Assembly (NCBI GenBank): GCA_964016885.1
Contig: OZ024766.1
Span: 8,618,001 to 8,682,000 of the forward strand
From: Eledone cirrhosa
Lineage: Eukaryota
Direction: 5' to 3'
DNA: 64,000 nucleotides
Shown here: piece by piece, positions 12,036 to 25,907 of the stretch
How positions within the stretch are numbered: position 1 is the first letter of the stretch
How the letters are laid out: every line of letters starts with the position of its first letter
Program-made: the position numbers and the translations under genes
Notes under the pieces: model-generated
Database searches by the model: none
What the model was told of the DNA's origin: nothing
What the model saw: the letters and a program-made list of their open reading frames with translations, nothing else

Positions 12036-13083
12036 AAGTGGAGAAATCTTCCTCTTTTCCAGAAGGATGCGAAATTTGTTCGGGGTCAGTTTGTTATCGA
12101 GAACTCCCTGACCAAGACCCCGACTGTCATCTTGATTCAAACGACGGTCAAGCATGATTTCCATCTCTCCGGGTTTAAGGTAAGCTGCTCCAAGGGACTG
12201 GCCGGACAGGATGTTCAGCCGTTTGTTGGTATTCTCCACGAACATAGCAGACGGCATTGGGTAGAAGTTAGCCTGCAGAGGCAGCTTGGCGTAGGTCTTT
12301 CGCCGATGCATTTGGAAGCCATTTAAGTCGGTGTGGAACGAGTTGTCTTTGTTGCGGATGTCGCTGCAAACCCTCATTGCTATCTCCAAGTTGAGTTTGT
12401 CGCGAATGTCCACCAAATTGTAGACGTCCAGCGAGAGGCTGTCGGCTCCGGGGGAGTTGTATAGCTTCACGACGTGCTCCACGTTTTCCAGGAAGGCGGT
12501 CACCTCCGACACGACGCTACCACGGATAATCCGTACGAACGGGTCAAAGGTCTTAAGCTCGCGCGCCTCGCCGTCCGGGAGGAACAGATACGCTCCGCTC
12601 TTCTCCGCGGACTTTCGAGTGCCGTACGTCACGAACTTGATGCTGACCGGGTGAGCCACGCCGTCAGACTTAAACGTGATGTTTTGAAGCAGGCCAGACT
12701 TTTCGTTGAAGCCTGCCTTTATGTGGGAATTTTCCAGACTGAACGGCCGTGATGGGGACTTCTTAATCGTAAACACAGAGCTAGAGTGCTCCATATTCAT
12801 GTTGGAATTGTAAAACGTTATCTCTGAAGGAACGGCTTTCTTCGGGGACTGCTTCTGGGTCTTCTCGATTGTGTAGCGACGAATGCCGAGCGCTTGGATG
12901 GTAAGTACGAACGACACCTTGTAGACATCGGTCGAGACTGAGTCGCGATCGGTCCAGGACAGGTCAATCTGTGAAGGCACCGCCTTTCCGGTGTGGTCCC
13001 GAACAATCACAAATGGTATGTTGACATAAACATTGACCACACTCTCACGTTTATGTGCCAAGGAGTTGTAGAACATAACGGAC
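12036..13083 (-). CDS. MAN2A1: alpha-mannosidase II exon 13 (large internal exon)
   Basis: SVMFYNSLAHKRES...SGAYLFLPDG...FHTDLNGFQ...KLPLQANFYPMP...MLDRRLNQDDSRGLGQGVLDNK...ISPL|GTAAGT; 1048 nt, phase 2-0. Confidence 0.95.
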
Positions 13084-13129
13084 CTAGAAAAATAAAATGA
13101 AATGAAATATATATATATATATATATATG

Positions 13130-13168
<39 letters not shown>

Positions 13169-13409
13169 AAACACTATATAAACAAGACGCACGTGCTTGC
13201 CACACATATAACATTTGCACTATATAACCGCTTATCTTCATGTATTTTAACCTGTATTTTTTATTGTACCTCTTAATATGAATGTAATCTCGAAGTGTGT
13301 ACTGCCACTCTAAATTCTGTAATGAATGTTGACCCACAATATTTGCATATGTATCGGTATGTCTCTTGGCTGAAAAGGAGGTCATATAAGTGTCCATTCA
13401 TTAATAAAT

Positions 13410-13456
13410 TGCTCCGAAGAATCCAAACCTCGGTTTGGAGGAAACAGCTGTAAGCA
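13410..13456 (+). ncRNA. Minimal type I hammerhead ribozyme-like motif (C4 variant core)
   Basis: TGCT-CCGAAGA-a-TCCAAACC tc GGTTTGGA-g-GAA-ACAGCTGT-A|AGCA. Confidence 0.6.
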
Positions 13457-13934
13457 CAATAATGTTTTGAACAGTTCTTTGATTCTTATATTTCATATAA
13501 CTGCTCTGTAAATCATCTGATGTTTTTACATTGAGCTACTTAACTTACTGGTAATAAGGTAGTAATACATTACTGCCTACCACTATTTAGGGTTTGTATA
13601 AAAAATACATATAACTGCATAAGGTTTTTGTATTTACATAACCATAAATAGTATAATTAATACTATATATATATATACATTATATAGAAATATAATTTCA
13701 GCGAGATCGTATTTCGGCGGTGGACAAAAACAAACCGAAACGCATCTTCGAGATATGCGGCAAGCGCTCAATGGACTAAAAGAAGACCAGAGCAATTAAA
13801 CAGTCAGTAGGCACCTCTTAACCAAATATACACCCCAATCCACCACCCCTACCCTATCCTCCCACCAACACCACCCTCTCTTTGTAAAGTTGGTACCACA
13901 ACATCCAGTCCAAACAAATGAGATGAGATCGAGA

Positions 13935-14618
13935 TTGTGTAGGTGTCACGACAAAAAACACACAGTCCATGCTGTAATGTGGTCCTGTAGGTGTCACAAC
14001 AAAAAACACACAGTCCATGCTGTAATGTGGTCCTGTAGGTGTCACGACAAAAAACACACAGTCCATGCTGTAATGTGGTCCTGTAGGTGTCACGACAAAA
14101 AACACACAGTCCACACTGTAATGTGGTCCTGTAGGTGTCACGACAAAAAACACACAGTCCATGCTGTAATGTGGTCCTGTAGGTGTCACGACAAAAAACA
14201 CACAGTCCACGCTGTAATTGTGGTCTTGTAGGTGTCACGACAAAAAACACACAGTCCATGCTGTAATGTGGTCCTGTAGGTGTCACGACAAAAAACACAC
14301 AGTCCACACTGTAATGTGGTCCTGTAGGTGTCACAACAAAAAACACACAGTCCATGCTGTAATGTGGTCCTGTAGGTGTCACGACAAAAAACACACAGTC
14401 CACGCTGTACTTGTGGTCCTGTAGGTGTCACGACAAAAAGCACCCAGTTCACGCTGTAATGTTCTTGGTGTTAGGAAGGGCATCCAGCCATAGAAAACCT
14501 GCCAGATAGTCCTATATGAGCGAGACACGGTCACCCGACCAGCCTTGCCTCAAGTGGGACAACTCCCGTCTAACCCATGCTAGCATGGAAGATGGACATT
14601 AAACGATGATGATGATGA
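13935..14618 (+). mobile_element. SINE body with an internal 48-bp unit expanded ~11 times
   Basis: Array runs into ggtgttaggaagggcatccagc...ggacattaaac(gat)n tail. Confidence 0.8.
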
Positions 14619-14714
14619 TATAGGGGCCAGACAAAATGAAAACAGTGGTCGTTTCAGCCACCGGATATACATACACATATATATACATTATACATATATC
14701 TATCTATCTAAGGC

Positions 14715-15095
14715 GGGTAAAATTCCCGAGATCCATGGACGAGTTCTCTCCAGCGGTCTCTGTCCCTCATTATCGCTGTCATATCCTGCATCTCCAACAG
14801 ACCAGTGTCTGTCCTTAGGGCATCAACATATGTTAACCTTGGTCTTCCTCTTCTAGTGTGTCCATGTAGGGGCTCCCAAAGGAGCATGTCCAGCCAACCT
14901 CAGTCTCCCCTGTGTCACTTTTGAGTTGACTTTTGGGAGGCTCCCATACAGCTCTGAGTTCTTCATCCTCAGTGTATACTGATCAATGTTCAGAGCCATC
15001 CTCAGCATTCTCGTGTAGCACCCATCCACCATCTGAGTGAGTCTCCCAGTCAGTGTCCAAGTCTCAGACCCATACAGCAGCACAGACTCCACTAC
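14715..15095 (-). mobile_element. RTE-like LINE 3' fragment
   Basis: VESVLLYGSETWTLT...DGCYTRMLRMALNI...RLRLAGH, then GRPRLTYVD in another frame. Confidence 0.8.
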
Positions 15096-15466
15096 ATATA
15101 TATATAATGTATACATATATATACATTATATATATATATATATACATACACATATATACATACATTATACATATATACATACACATATATATACATTATA
15201 CATATATATACATTATACATATATACATACACATATATATACATTATACATATATACATACACATATATATATATACATTATACATATATACATACACAT
15301 ATATATACATTATACATATATATACATTATATATATATACATACACATATATATACATTATACATATATACATACACATATATATACATGATTGTTTTGT
15401 TATGTCTCTCTCACATAACACTCACACATTAAGGTCTAACCTCATACCAGACAACACACCCAACCA

Positions 15467-16095
15467 TCATCATCACCGTTTTACGTCCGTTCTTCCACGC
15501 TAGCATGGGTTAGACGGGTTGTCCTGATGTGGGCAGTGTCTGGTCAGCTGACCTTGCCTTGCTCATACGGGAAGTGATTTGGCTTGATTTCTACAGCTGG
15601 ATGCCCTTCCTAACACCAACCTCATTTACAGTGAGTGCTGGGTGCTTTTTTTTTCCGTGGCACCTCCACGACCACTTTACAGTGTGGACTGGGTGCTTTC
15701 TTGCTGTGGCGCCTACACGTCCAATTTACAGAGTGGGCTGGGTGCTTTCTTGCCGTGGCTCCTCCACGACCACTTTACAGAGTGGACTGGGTGCTTTCTT
15801 GCCGTGGCGCCTACACGTCCACTTTACAGTGTGGACTGGGTGCTTTTTTTTTCTGTGGCACCTCCACGACCACTTTACAGAGTGGACTGGGTGCTTTCTT
15901 GCCGTGGCGCCTACACGTCCACTTTACAGTGCGGACTGGGTGCTTTTTTTTTTCCGTGGCACCTCCACGACCACTTTACAGAGTGGACTGGGTGCTTTCT
16001 TGCCGTGGCACCTCCACGACCACTTTACAGTGCGGACTGGGTGCTTTTTTTTTCCGTGGCACCTCCACGTGCACTTTACAGAGTGGACTGGGTGC
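15467..16095 (-). mobile_element. SINE body with an internal ~48-bp tandem expansion
   Basis: (cat)n tail, ggatgcccttcctaacaccaacc, then about 9 units of ccgtggcacctccacgaccactttacag... Confidence 0.8.
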
Positions 16096-16186
16096 CTGTT
16101 TGCTCAGTCTCTCCTCTTATGCTCAGTCTCTCTCTCAATACAGTCATTTTCTCTGTTCTCCTGGGTGAAGCCGGGTACCTCAGCTA

Positions 16187-16226
<40 letters not shown>

Positions 16227-16310
16227 CTAAGTGAGAAATTAGGAATAAGAGGGATCAGATGCAGTTTACTTGAAAGGAGATTGCGTTGGTATGGGCAGTG
16301 TTTTACTTAC

Positions 16311-16378
16311 TGTGGGGTGTCGTCTATTTTTAACACAGAATGTTCTGGAATGGAATAATGTTTTTCTCTTCTTTCGTC
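16311..16378 (-). CDS. MAN2A1: alpha-mannosidase II exon 12
   Basis: ttttgttccAG|DERREKHYSIPEHSVLKIDDTP|GTAAGT; 68 nt, phase 0-2; bridges the phases of exons 11 and 13. Confidence 0.83.
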
Positions 16379-16645
16379 CTGGAACAAAAAACAACATTAA
16401 TAATCGTTTCTGATTTAGACACAAGGTCAACAATTTGGGGGAGGGGAAAGTCAGTTAAATCAACCCCAGTGGTTACTGGTACTCTTGTGTCCCAAATAAA
16501 ATTTTTTTTTAGGTTGTCTCTATTGATTTTTCTTAAAACCAGAATTAGTTGTTTAGTTTACATATTGAGACCCCCAACCCATCCTATTTATTTTATAACA
16601 TATGGGATCTAGTAAAGTACTGCCCTTGAAAAACTAGTAATATAT

Positions 16646-17830
16646 TTGTGTGTTGTGTTCTTGAGCAAAATACTTCATTTCATGTTGCTGCAATATACTC
16701 AGCTGAAAAGTACCAGCAATAGCTGGGGGTATAACCCTGTGATGGACTGGTGTCCTGTCCAGGGGGGAGTCTTATACTCTCAGTCACTTAACACCAATGA
16801 AACTAAGACAGACTTTAACCCTGTGATGGACTGGTGTCCTGTCCAGGGTTAAGTCTTGTACTCTCAGTCACTTAACACCAATGAAACTAAGACAGACTTT
16901 AACCCTGTGATGGACTGGTGTCCTGTCCAGGGGGAAGTCTTGTACTGTCAGTCACTTAACACCAATGAAACTAAGACAGACTTTAACCCTGTGATGGACT
17001 GGTGTCCTGTCCAGAGGGGAGTCTTGTACTCTCAGTCACTTAACACCAATGAAACTAAGACAGACTTTAACCCTGTGATGGACTGGTGTCCTGTCCTGGG
17101 GGAAGTCTTGTACTCTCAGTCACTTAACACCAATGAAACTAAGACAGACTTTAACCCTGTGATGGACTGGTGTCCTGTCCAGGAAAAAGTCTTGTACTGT
17201 CAGTCACTTAACACCAATGAAACTAAGACAGACTTTAACCCTGTGATGGACTGGTGTCCTGTCCAGGGTTAAGTCTTGTACTCTCAGTCACTTAACACCA
17301 ATGAAACTAAGACAGACTTTAACCCTGTGATGGACTGGTGTCCTGTCCAGGAAAAAGTCTTGTACTGTCAGTCACTTAACACCAATGAAACTAAGACAGA
17401 CTTTAACCCTGTGATGGACTGGTGTCCTGTCCAGGGGGAAGTCCTGTACTCTCAGTCACTTAACACCAATGAAACTAAGACAGACTTTAACCCTGTGATG
17501 GACTGGTGTCCTGTCCAGGGGGAAGTCTTGTACTCTCAGTCACTTAACACCAATGAAACTAAGATAGACTTTAACCCTGTGATAGACTGGTGTCCTGTCC
17601 AGGGGGGAGTCTTGTACTCTCAGTCGCTTAACACCAATGAAACTAAGACAGACTTTAACCCTGTGATGGACTGGTGTCCTGTCCAGGGGGAAGTATTGTA
17701 CTCTCAGTCACTTAACACCAATGAAACTAAGACAAACTTTAACTCTGTAATGGACTGGTGTCCTGTCCAGGGGGAAGTCTTGTACTCTCAGTCACTTAAC
17801 ACCAATGAAACTGGGATAAGTACTGGCCTG
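16646..17830 (+). repeat. 84-bp minisatellite (~13 copies) expanded inside a CORE-type SINE remnant
   Basis: Unit aaccctgtgatggactggtgtcctgtccagg...gacagacttt, preceded by CORE-like gtgttcttgagcaaaatactt. Confidence 0.85.
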
Positions 17831-17953
17831 ATTCTAAGTTTCTAGGGGCTTGTGACAAAGTTTAAACATTTTTTCATCATCAGAAACATCACCACTCTAC
17901 TACCACCACACCACTACACCACCAAGACCAGTAAAAGTTAGTGTACAACTTAC

Positions 17954-18068
17954 AATATTAAATAGAGGTATGTCTTTACTGTAAATATATTTGTTTTTCT
18001 CCTTCATCATAAGAAATGTCATCACTTCTGTTGTAAGTCTTTTCATGTCCCTCATTGATGTCAACAAC
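17954..18068 (-). CDS. MAN2A1: alpha-mannosidase II exon 11
   Basis: ttttcAG|LLTSMRDMKRLTTEVMTFLMMKEKNKYIYSKDIPLFNI|GTAAGT; 115 nt, phase 2-0. Confidence 0.85.
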
Positions 18069-18079
18069 CTGAAAAATGG

Positions 18080-19165
18080 AACATATATACATTATATTAT
18101 CTATATATATATACATTATATTATCTATCTATATATATATACATTATATTATCTATATATATATACATTATATTATCTATATATATATATACATTATATT
18201 ATCTATATATATATACATTATATTATCTATATATATATATACATTATATTATCTATATATATATACATTATATTATCTATATATATATATACATTATATT
18301 ATCTATATATATACATTATATTATCTATATATATACATTATATTATCTATATATATATATACACATATATACAAACGTTTTACATACATTATATTATCTA
18401 TATATATAAATACACATATATATACATATATACACACGTCTTACATACATTATATTATCTATATATATATATACATTATATTATCTATATATATACATTA
18501 TATTATCTATATATATATATACACATATATACAAACGTTTTACATACATTATATTATCTATATATATAAATACACATATATATACATATATACACACGTC
18601 TTACATACATTATATTATCTATATATATATATACATTATATTATCTATATATATACATTATATTATCTATATATATACATTATATTATCTATATATATAT
18701 ATACACATATATACAAACGTTTTACATACATTATATTATCTATATATATAAATACACATATATATACATATATACACACGTCTTACATACATTATATTAT
18801 CTATATATATATATACATTATATTATCTATATATATACATTATATTATCTATATATATACATTATATTATCTATATATATATATATACACATATATACAA
18901 ACGTTTTACATACATTATATTATCTATATATATAAATACACATATATATACATATATACACACGTCTTACATACATTATATTATCTATATATATATATAC
19001 ATTATATTATCTATATATATACATTATATTATCTATATATATACATTATATTATCTATATATATATATACACATATATACAAACGTTTTACATACATTAT
19101 ATTATCTATATATATAAATACACATATATATACATATATACACACGTCTTACATACATTATATTA

Positions 19166-19200
<35 letters not shown>

Positions 19201-19740
19201 TCATATATACATATATACACACGTTTTACATACATTATATTATCTATATATATATATATATACTCATATATACATATATACACGTTTTACATACATTATA
19301 TTATCTTGCCTTTCATCCTTACGGGGTCGATAAAATAAAGTACCAGTAATACACTGGGGAATTTGCTGGCCATATGCGTAACGTAGAAACAATTATATTA
19401 TCTATATATATATAAATACACATATATATACATATATACACACGTCTTACATACATTATATTATCTATATATATATATATACACATATATACATATATAC
19501 ACACATTTTACATACATTATATTATCTATCTACATATATATATACTCATACATACATATATACACACATTCTTTACCTATATATACACATATACTCATGC
19601 CTTATATATACATACACACATACACACACACACACACGCTTTACATATATATATACACACATGCCTTATATATATACATACACACATTCCGTATATTTAT
19701 ATATACACACATATACACATGCCTTATATACATACATATA
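18080..19740. repeat. AT-rich compound repeat (cattatattatctatata)n with higher-order periodicity
   Basis: Direct inspection. Confidence 0.85.
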
Positions 19741-19741
19741 T

Positions 19742-22700
19742 ATACACACACCCTGACCACAGAGGCCTGAGGAAGTGTGTAGTCAAACACACACACACCC
19801 TGACCACAGAGGCCTGAGGAAGTGTGTAGTCAAACACACACACACCCTGACCACAGAGGCCTGAGGAAGTGTGTAGTCAAACACACACACACTCTGACCA
19901 CAGAGGCCTGAGGAAGTGTGTAGTCAAACACACACACACTCTGACCACAGAGGCCTGAGGAAGTGTGTAGTCAAACACACACACACCCTGACCACAGAGG
20001 CCTGAGGAAGTGTGTAGTCAAACATACACACACACTGACCACAGAGGCCTGAGGAAGTGTGTAGTCAAACACACACACACCCTGACCACAGAGGCCTGAG
20101 GAAGTGTGTAGTCAAACATACACACACACTGACCACAGAGGCCTGAGGAAGTGTGTAGTCAAACACACACACACCCTGACCACAGAGGCCTGAGGAAGTG
20201 TGTAGTCAAACATACACACACACTGACCACAGAGGCCTGAGGAAGTGTGTAGTCAAATACACACACACACACACACCCTGACCACAGAGGCCTGAGGAAG
20301 TGTGTAGTCAAACACACACACACCCTGACCACAGAGGCCTGAGGAAGTGTGTAGTCAAACATACACACACACTGACCACAGAGGCCTGAGGAAGTGTGTA
20401 GTCAAATACACACACACACACACACCCTGACCACAGAGGCCTGAGGAAGTGTGTAGTCAAACACACACACACTCTGACCACAGAGGCCTGAGGAAGTGTG
20501 TAGTCAAATACATACACACACACACACCCTGACCACAGAGGCCTGAGGAAGTGTGTAGTCAAACACACACACACCCTGACCACAGAGGCCTGAGGAAGTG
20601 TGTAGTCAAACACACACACACCCTGACCACAGAGGCCTGAGGAAGTGTGTAGTCAAACACACACACACACACACACCCTGACCACAGAGGCCTGAGGAAG
20701 TGTGTAGTCAAATACACACACACACACACCCTGACCACAGAGGCCTGAGGAAGTGTGTAGTCAAACACACACACACACTGACCACAGAAGCCTGAGGAAG
20801 TGTGTAGTCAAACACACACACACCCTGACCACAGAGGCCTGAGGAAGTGTGTAGTCAAACATACACACACACTGACCACAGAGGCCTGAGGAAGTGTGTA
20901 GTCAAATACACACACACACACACCCTGACCACAGAGGCCTGAGGAAGTGTGTAGTCAAACACACACACACCCTGACCACAGAGGCCTGAGGAAGTGTGTA
21001 GTCAAACACACACACACTCTGACCACAGAGGCCTGAGGAAGTGTGTAGTCAAACACACACACACCCTGACCACAGAGGCCTGAGGAAGTGTGTAGTCAAA
21101 CATACACACACCCTGACCACAGAGGCCTGAGGAAGTGTGTAGTCAAACATACACACACACTGACCACAGAGGCCTGAGGAAGTGTGTAGTCAAACACACA
21201 CACACCCTGACCACAGAGGCCTGAGGAAGTGTGTAGTCAAACACACACACACCCTGACCACAGAGGCCTGAGGAAGTGTGTAGTCAAACACACACACACC
21301 CTGACCACAGAGGCCTGAGGAAGTGTGTAGTCAAACACACACACACCCTGACCACAGAGGCCTGAGGAAGTGTGTAGTCAAATACACACACACACCCTGA
21401 CCACAGAGGCCTGAGGAAGTGTGTAGTCAAACACACACACACCCTGACCACAGAGGCCTGAGGAAGTGTGTAGTCAAACACACACACACCCTGACCACAG
21501 AGGCCTGAGGAAGTGTGTAGTCAAACACACACACACCCTGACCACAGAGGCCTGAGGAAGTGTGTAGTCAAACACACACACACACACACACCCTGACCAC
21601 AGAGGCCTGAGGAAGTGTGTAGTCAAATACACACACACACACACACCCTGACCACAGAGGCCTGAGGAAGTGTGTAGTCAAACACACACACACCCTGACC
21701 ACAGAGGCCTGAGGAAGTGTGTAGTCAAACACACACACACCCTGACCACAGAGGCCTGAGGAAGTGTGTAGTCAAATACACACACACACACACCCTGACC
21801 ACAGAGGCCTGAGGAAGTGTGTAGTCAAACACACACACACACTGACCACAGAGGCCTGAGGAAGTGTGTAGTCAAACACACACACACCCTGACCACAGAG
21901 GCCTGAGGAAGTGTGTAGTCAAACACACACACACACACACACCCTGACCACAGAGGCCTGAGGAAGTGTGTAGTCAAACACACACACACCCTGACCACAG
22001 AGGCCTGAGGAAGTGTGTAGTCAAACACACACACACCCTGACCACAGAGGCCTGAGGAAGTGTGTAGTCAAATACACACACACACACACCCTGACCACAG
22101 AGGCCTGAGGAAGTGTGTAGTCAAACACACACACACACTGACCACAGAGGCCTGAGGAAGTGTGTAGTCAAACACACACACACACTGACCACAGAGGCCT
22201 GAGGAAGTGTGTAGTCAAATACACACACACCCTGACCACAGAGGCCTGAGGAAGTGTGTAGTCAAACACACACACACCCTGACCACAGAGGCCTGAGGAA
22301 GTGTGTAGTCAAACATACACACACACCCTGACCACAGAGGCCTGAGGAAGTGTGTAGTCAAACACACACACACCCTGACCACAGAGGCCTGAGGAAGTGT
22401 GTAGTCAAATACACACACACCCTGACCACAGAGGCCTGAGGAAGTGTGTAGTCAAACACACACACACCCTGACCACAGAGGCCTGAGGAAGTGTGTAGTC
22501 AAACACACACACACCCTGACCACAGAGGCCTGAGGAAGTGTGTAGTCAAACACACACACACCCTGACCACAGAGGCCTGAGGAAGTGTGTAGTCAAACAC
22601 ACACACACCCTGACCACAGAGGCCTGAGGAAGTGTGTAGTCAAATACACACACACACACACCCTGACCACAGAGGCCTGAGGAAGTGTGTAGTCAAACAC

Positions 22701-22950
22701 ACACACACACACACCCTGACCACAGAGGCCTGAGGAAGTGTGTAGTCAAACACACACACACACTGACCACAGAGGCCTGAGGAAGTGTGTAGTCAAATAC
22801 ACACACACCCTGACCACAGAGGCCTGAGGAAGTGTGTAGTCAAATACACACACACACACACCCTGACCACAGAGGCCTGAGGAAGTGTGTAGTCAAACAC
22901 ACACACACACTGACCACAGAAGCATGACGAAGTGTGTAATCTAACACAAA
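19742..22950. repeat. ~49-bp minisatellite (~60+ copies): constant 37-bp core plus variable (CA)n
   Basis: ccctgaccacagaggcctgaggaagtgtgtagtcaaa(ca)n; a diverged unit abuts the exon 10 donor. Confidence 0.95.
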
Positions 22951-22951
22951 C

Positions 22952-23134
22952 CTATCACCATAATCTTCGACCACGAAGTCCTTCGCGGTCCCTGTTATTC
23001 CGTCGTGGTGTTGGAACAGAGCCAAATTCCTTCTGGCAGTCACCAGCGCTTGCATGAACTCAATAAGGGGGAACTTGCTGCCATCGTACAACTTAAGGTA
23101 TCGACTGACGAGGAAGAACAGGATCTCAGCTCCC
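22952..23134 (-). CDS. MAN2A1: alpha-mannosidase II exon 10
   Basis: GAEILF...ARRNLALFQHHDGITGTAKDFVVEDYGDR; 183 nt, phase 2-2. Confidence 0.95.
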
Positions 23135-23599
23135 CTACATGAAGGACACAACACAACATGAATTAAAATAACTGAAATACATGACACTTTCTTAGGTTAC
23201 TATTACTGTTATGGAAAAGTTAGGAAAAGTTATCACACACACACATATATATATATATATCATCACTGTTTTATGACCCTTCTTCCACGCTAGCATGGGT
23301 TAGACGGGTTGTCCTCTTGTGGGCAGTGTCCGCTCGGCTGACCTTGTCTTGCTCATACGGGAACTGATGCTGGCTCGATTTCTACAGCTGGATGCCCTTC
23401 CTAACACCAACCTCATTTACAGTGTGGGCTGGGTGCTTTTTTGCCGTGGCACCTCCATAACCACTTTGCAGTGGAATGATAGGGACCCCAGTCCCTATCA
23501 TCTCATTTCTACAGCTGAGTAAACTGGAGCAATGTGAAATAAAGTGTCTTGCTCAAGGAAACAACACATCACCTGGTCTGAGAATTGAACTCACAACCT

Positions 23600-24161
23600 T
23601 ATACGATGGCTGGAGAGAAATGAAGCAGCTATGCTTCATTGGATGTGCAATGCCAATGTACGTGAATGACCAAGTATAGATAAGTTGAGAGAGAAACTGT
23701 GTATAAGAGGGATAGGCTGTAGTGTGCGGGAGAGAAGGCTCAGATGGTATGGACATGTGATGTACATGGAGGATGACCGCTGGGTAAAGAAGTGCCAAGA
23801 AATGCTAGTAGAAGGAAGACACAGTAGAGGTAGACCACGGAAAACATGGGCGGAGGTCATGAGAGTGAAACTATGTATAAGAGGGATAAACTGTGGTGTG
23901 TGGGAGAGAAGACTGAGATGGTATGGACATGTGATGCACATGAAGGATGACCGCTGGGTAAAGAAGTGCCAAGAAATGCCAGTTAAAGGAAGACATAGTA
24001 GAAGAAGATCACGAAAAACATGAGCGGAGGTGGTGAGAGCAGACCTCAGATCGCTGAAGCTCACGGAGGAGATGACGAAGGACCGTGACAAGTAAAGAGA
24101 TGCTGCGCTGAATAGAACCCGTCCCACTTTTGCAAGCGGACGTAAAATGATGATGATGATG

Positions 24162-24165
<4 letters not shown>
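23600..24165 (+). mobile_element. RTE-clade LINE 3' end with an internal tandem duplication
   Basis: RRLRWYGHV...GRPRKTW occurs twice; tail ttgcaagcggacgtaaaa(tga)n. Confidence 0.85.
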
Positions 24166-24196
<31 letters not shown>

Positions 24197-24508
24197 TGTG
24201 TGTGCGTGTGTGCGTGCGTGCGTGCGTGTGTGTGTGGCCATATCTATATTTATATTTCTATCTGTTTATATATTTATGTCCCATAACTTAGCAGTCGAAC
24301 AACAAGAGATTGATAAAATTGTTTTCGTTCGTTGTCTTGTCCTCTCTTAACATTTAACACGTTATTAGTGACACAATGTACCATAGAGTGATCTCCTCTT
24401 AATAAATAATACACTACCAAGGGAAACAACTAATAAAAATCACTAGCGTACTAAAGGTTAATTCTCCTAAGTTTTTCTTTTTTTTTTCTTATTATTATTA
24501 TTACTTAC

Positions 24509-24711
24509 CGTAGTTGGTTCTCCATCTCTCTGTCAAGGATCTTCTGGAACGGTCTAGAAGTGAAGTAGCCGCTCCAGTAGTGGTCATCTCTGTCGGCGTA
24601 TGTGAAGAAGTCACCCGACAGGGACGGTATATTTGGAGGGGGATCACCTGGGGAGATTTTGTGCTTCTTGTAGATGGCGTTAAAGTAGTCGGACAAGGTT
24701 CCGAATTTAAT
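24509..24711 (-). CDS. MAN2A1: alpha-mannosidase II exon 9
   Basis: [13 protein letters not shown]...[33 protein letters not shown]; 203 nt, phase 0-2. Confidence 0.95.
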
Positions 24712-24879
24712 CTGGAATGAGGAAAAAGTAAATGTATATAAATATATATATATATATGTAGTGTGTATATGTGTGTGTGTGTATATATATATATATGTAT
24801 TTGTGTATATATATATAAATATATATATATGTATGTATGTGTGTATATATATATATATATGTATGTGTATGTGTGTATG

Positions 24880-24910
<31 letters not shown>

Positions 24911-24917
24911 GTGTATG

Positions 24918-24948
<31 letters not shown>

Positions 24949-24991
24949 ATATATATGTATATATATATATATGTATGTGTGTATATATATG

Positions 24992-25138
<147 letters not shown>

Positions 25139-25374
25139 ATGTGTGTATATATATATATATATGTATGTGTGTATATATATATATGTATGTGTGTATATAA
25201 ATATATATATATGTATGTATGTGTGTATATAAATATATATATATATATGTATGTGTGTATATAAATATATGTATATATATGTATGTGTGTATATAAATAT
25301 ATATATATATATGTATGTGTGTATATATATATATATATATGTATGTGTATGTGTGTATATATATATATACATAT

Positions 25375-25416
<42 letters not shown>

Positions 25417-25442
25417 ATATAAATATATATATATATATATAT

Positions 25443-25486
<44 letters not shown>

Positions 25487-25545
25487 ATATAAATATATAT
25501 ATATATATATGTATGTGTATATATATATATATGTATGTATGTGTG

Positions 25546-25644
<99 letters not shown>

Positions 25645-25688
25645 ATATATATATATGTGTGTGTGTATATAAATATATATATATATAT

Positions 25689-25725
<37 letters not shown>

Positions 25726-25736
25726 ATGTATGTGTG

Positions 25737-25831
<95 letters not shown>

Positions 25832-25907
25832 ATATAAATATATATATATATATGTATATGTGTATATAAATATATATATATATATATGTATATGTGTATA
25901 TATATAT

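Noticed and set aside
13084-13397. N-terminal part of the 458-aa ORF
   Set aside because: It crosses (TA)n; homology starts at the acceptor at 13083.
19742-22950. CRISPR-like array (37-bp repeat with spacers)
   Set aside because: Spacers are just (CA)n, the context is a eukaryotic intron, and there are no cas genes.
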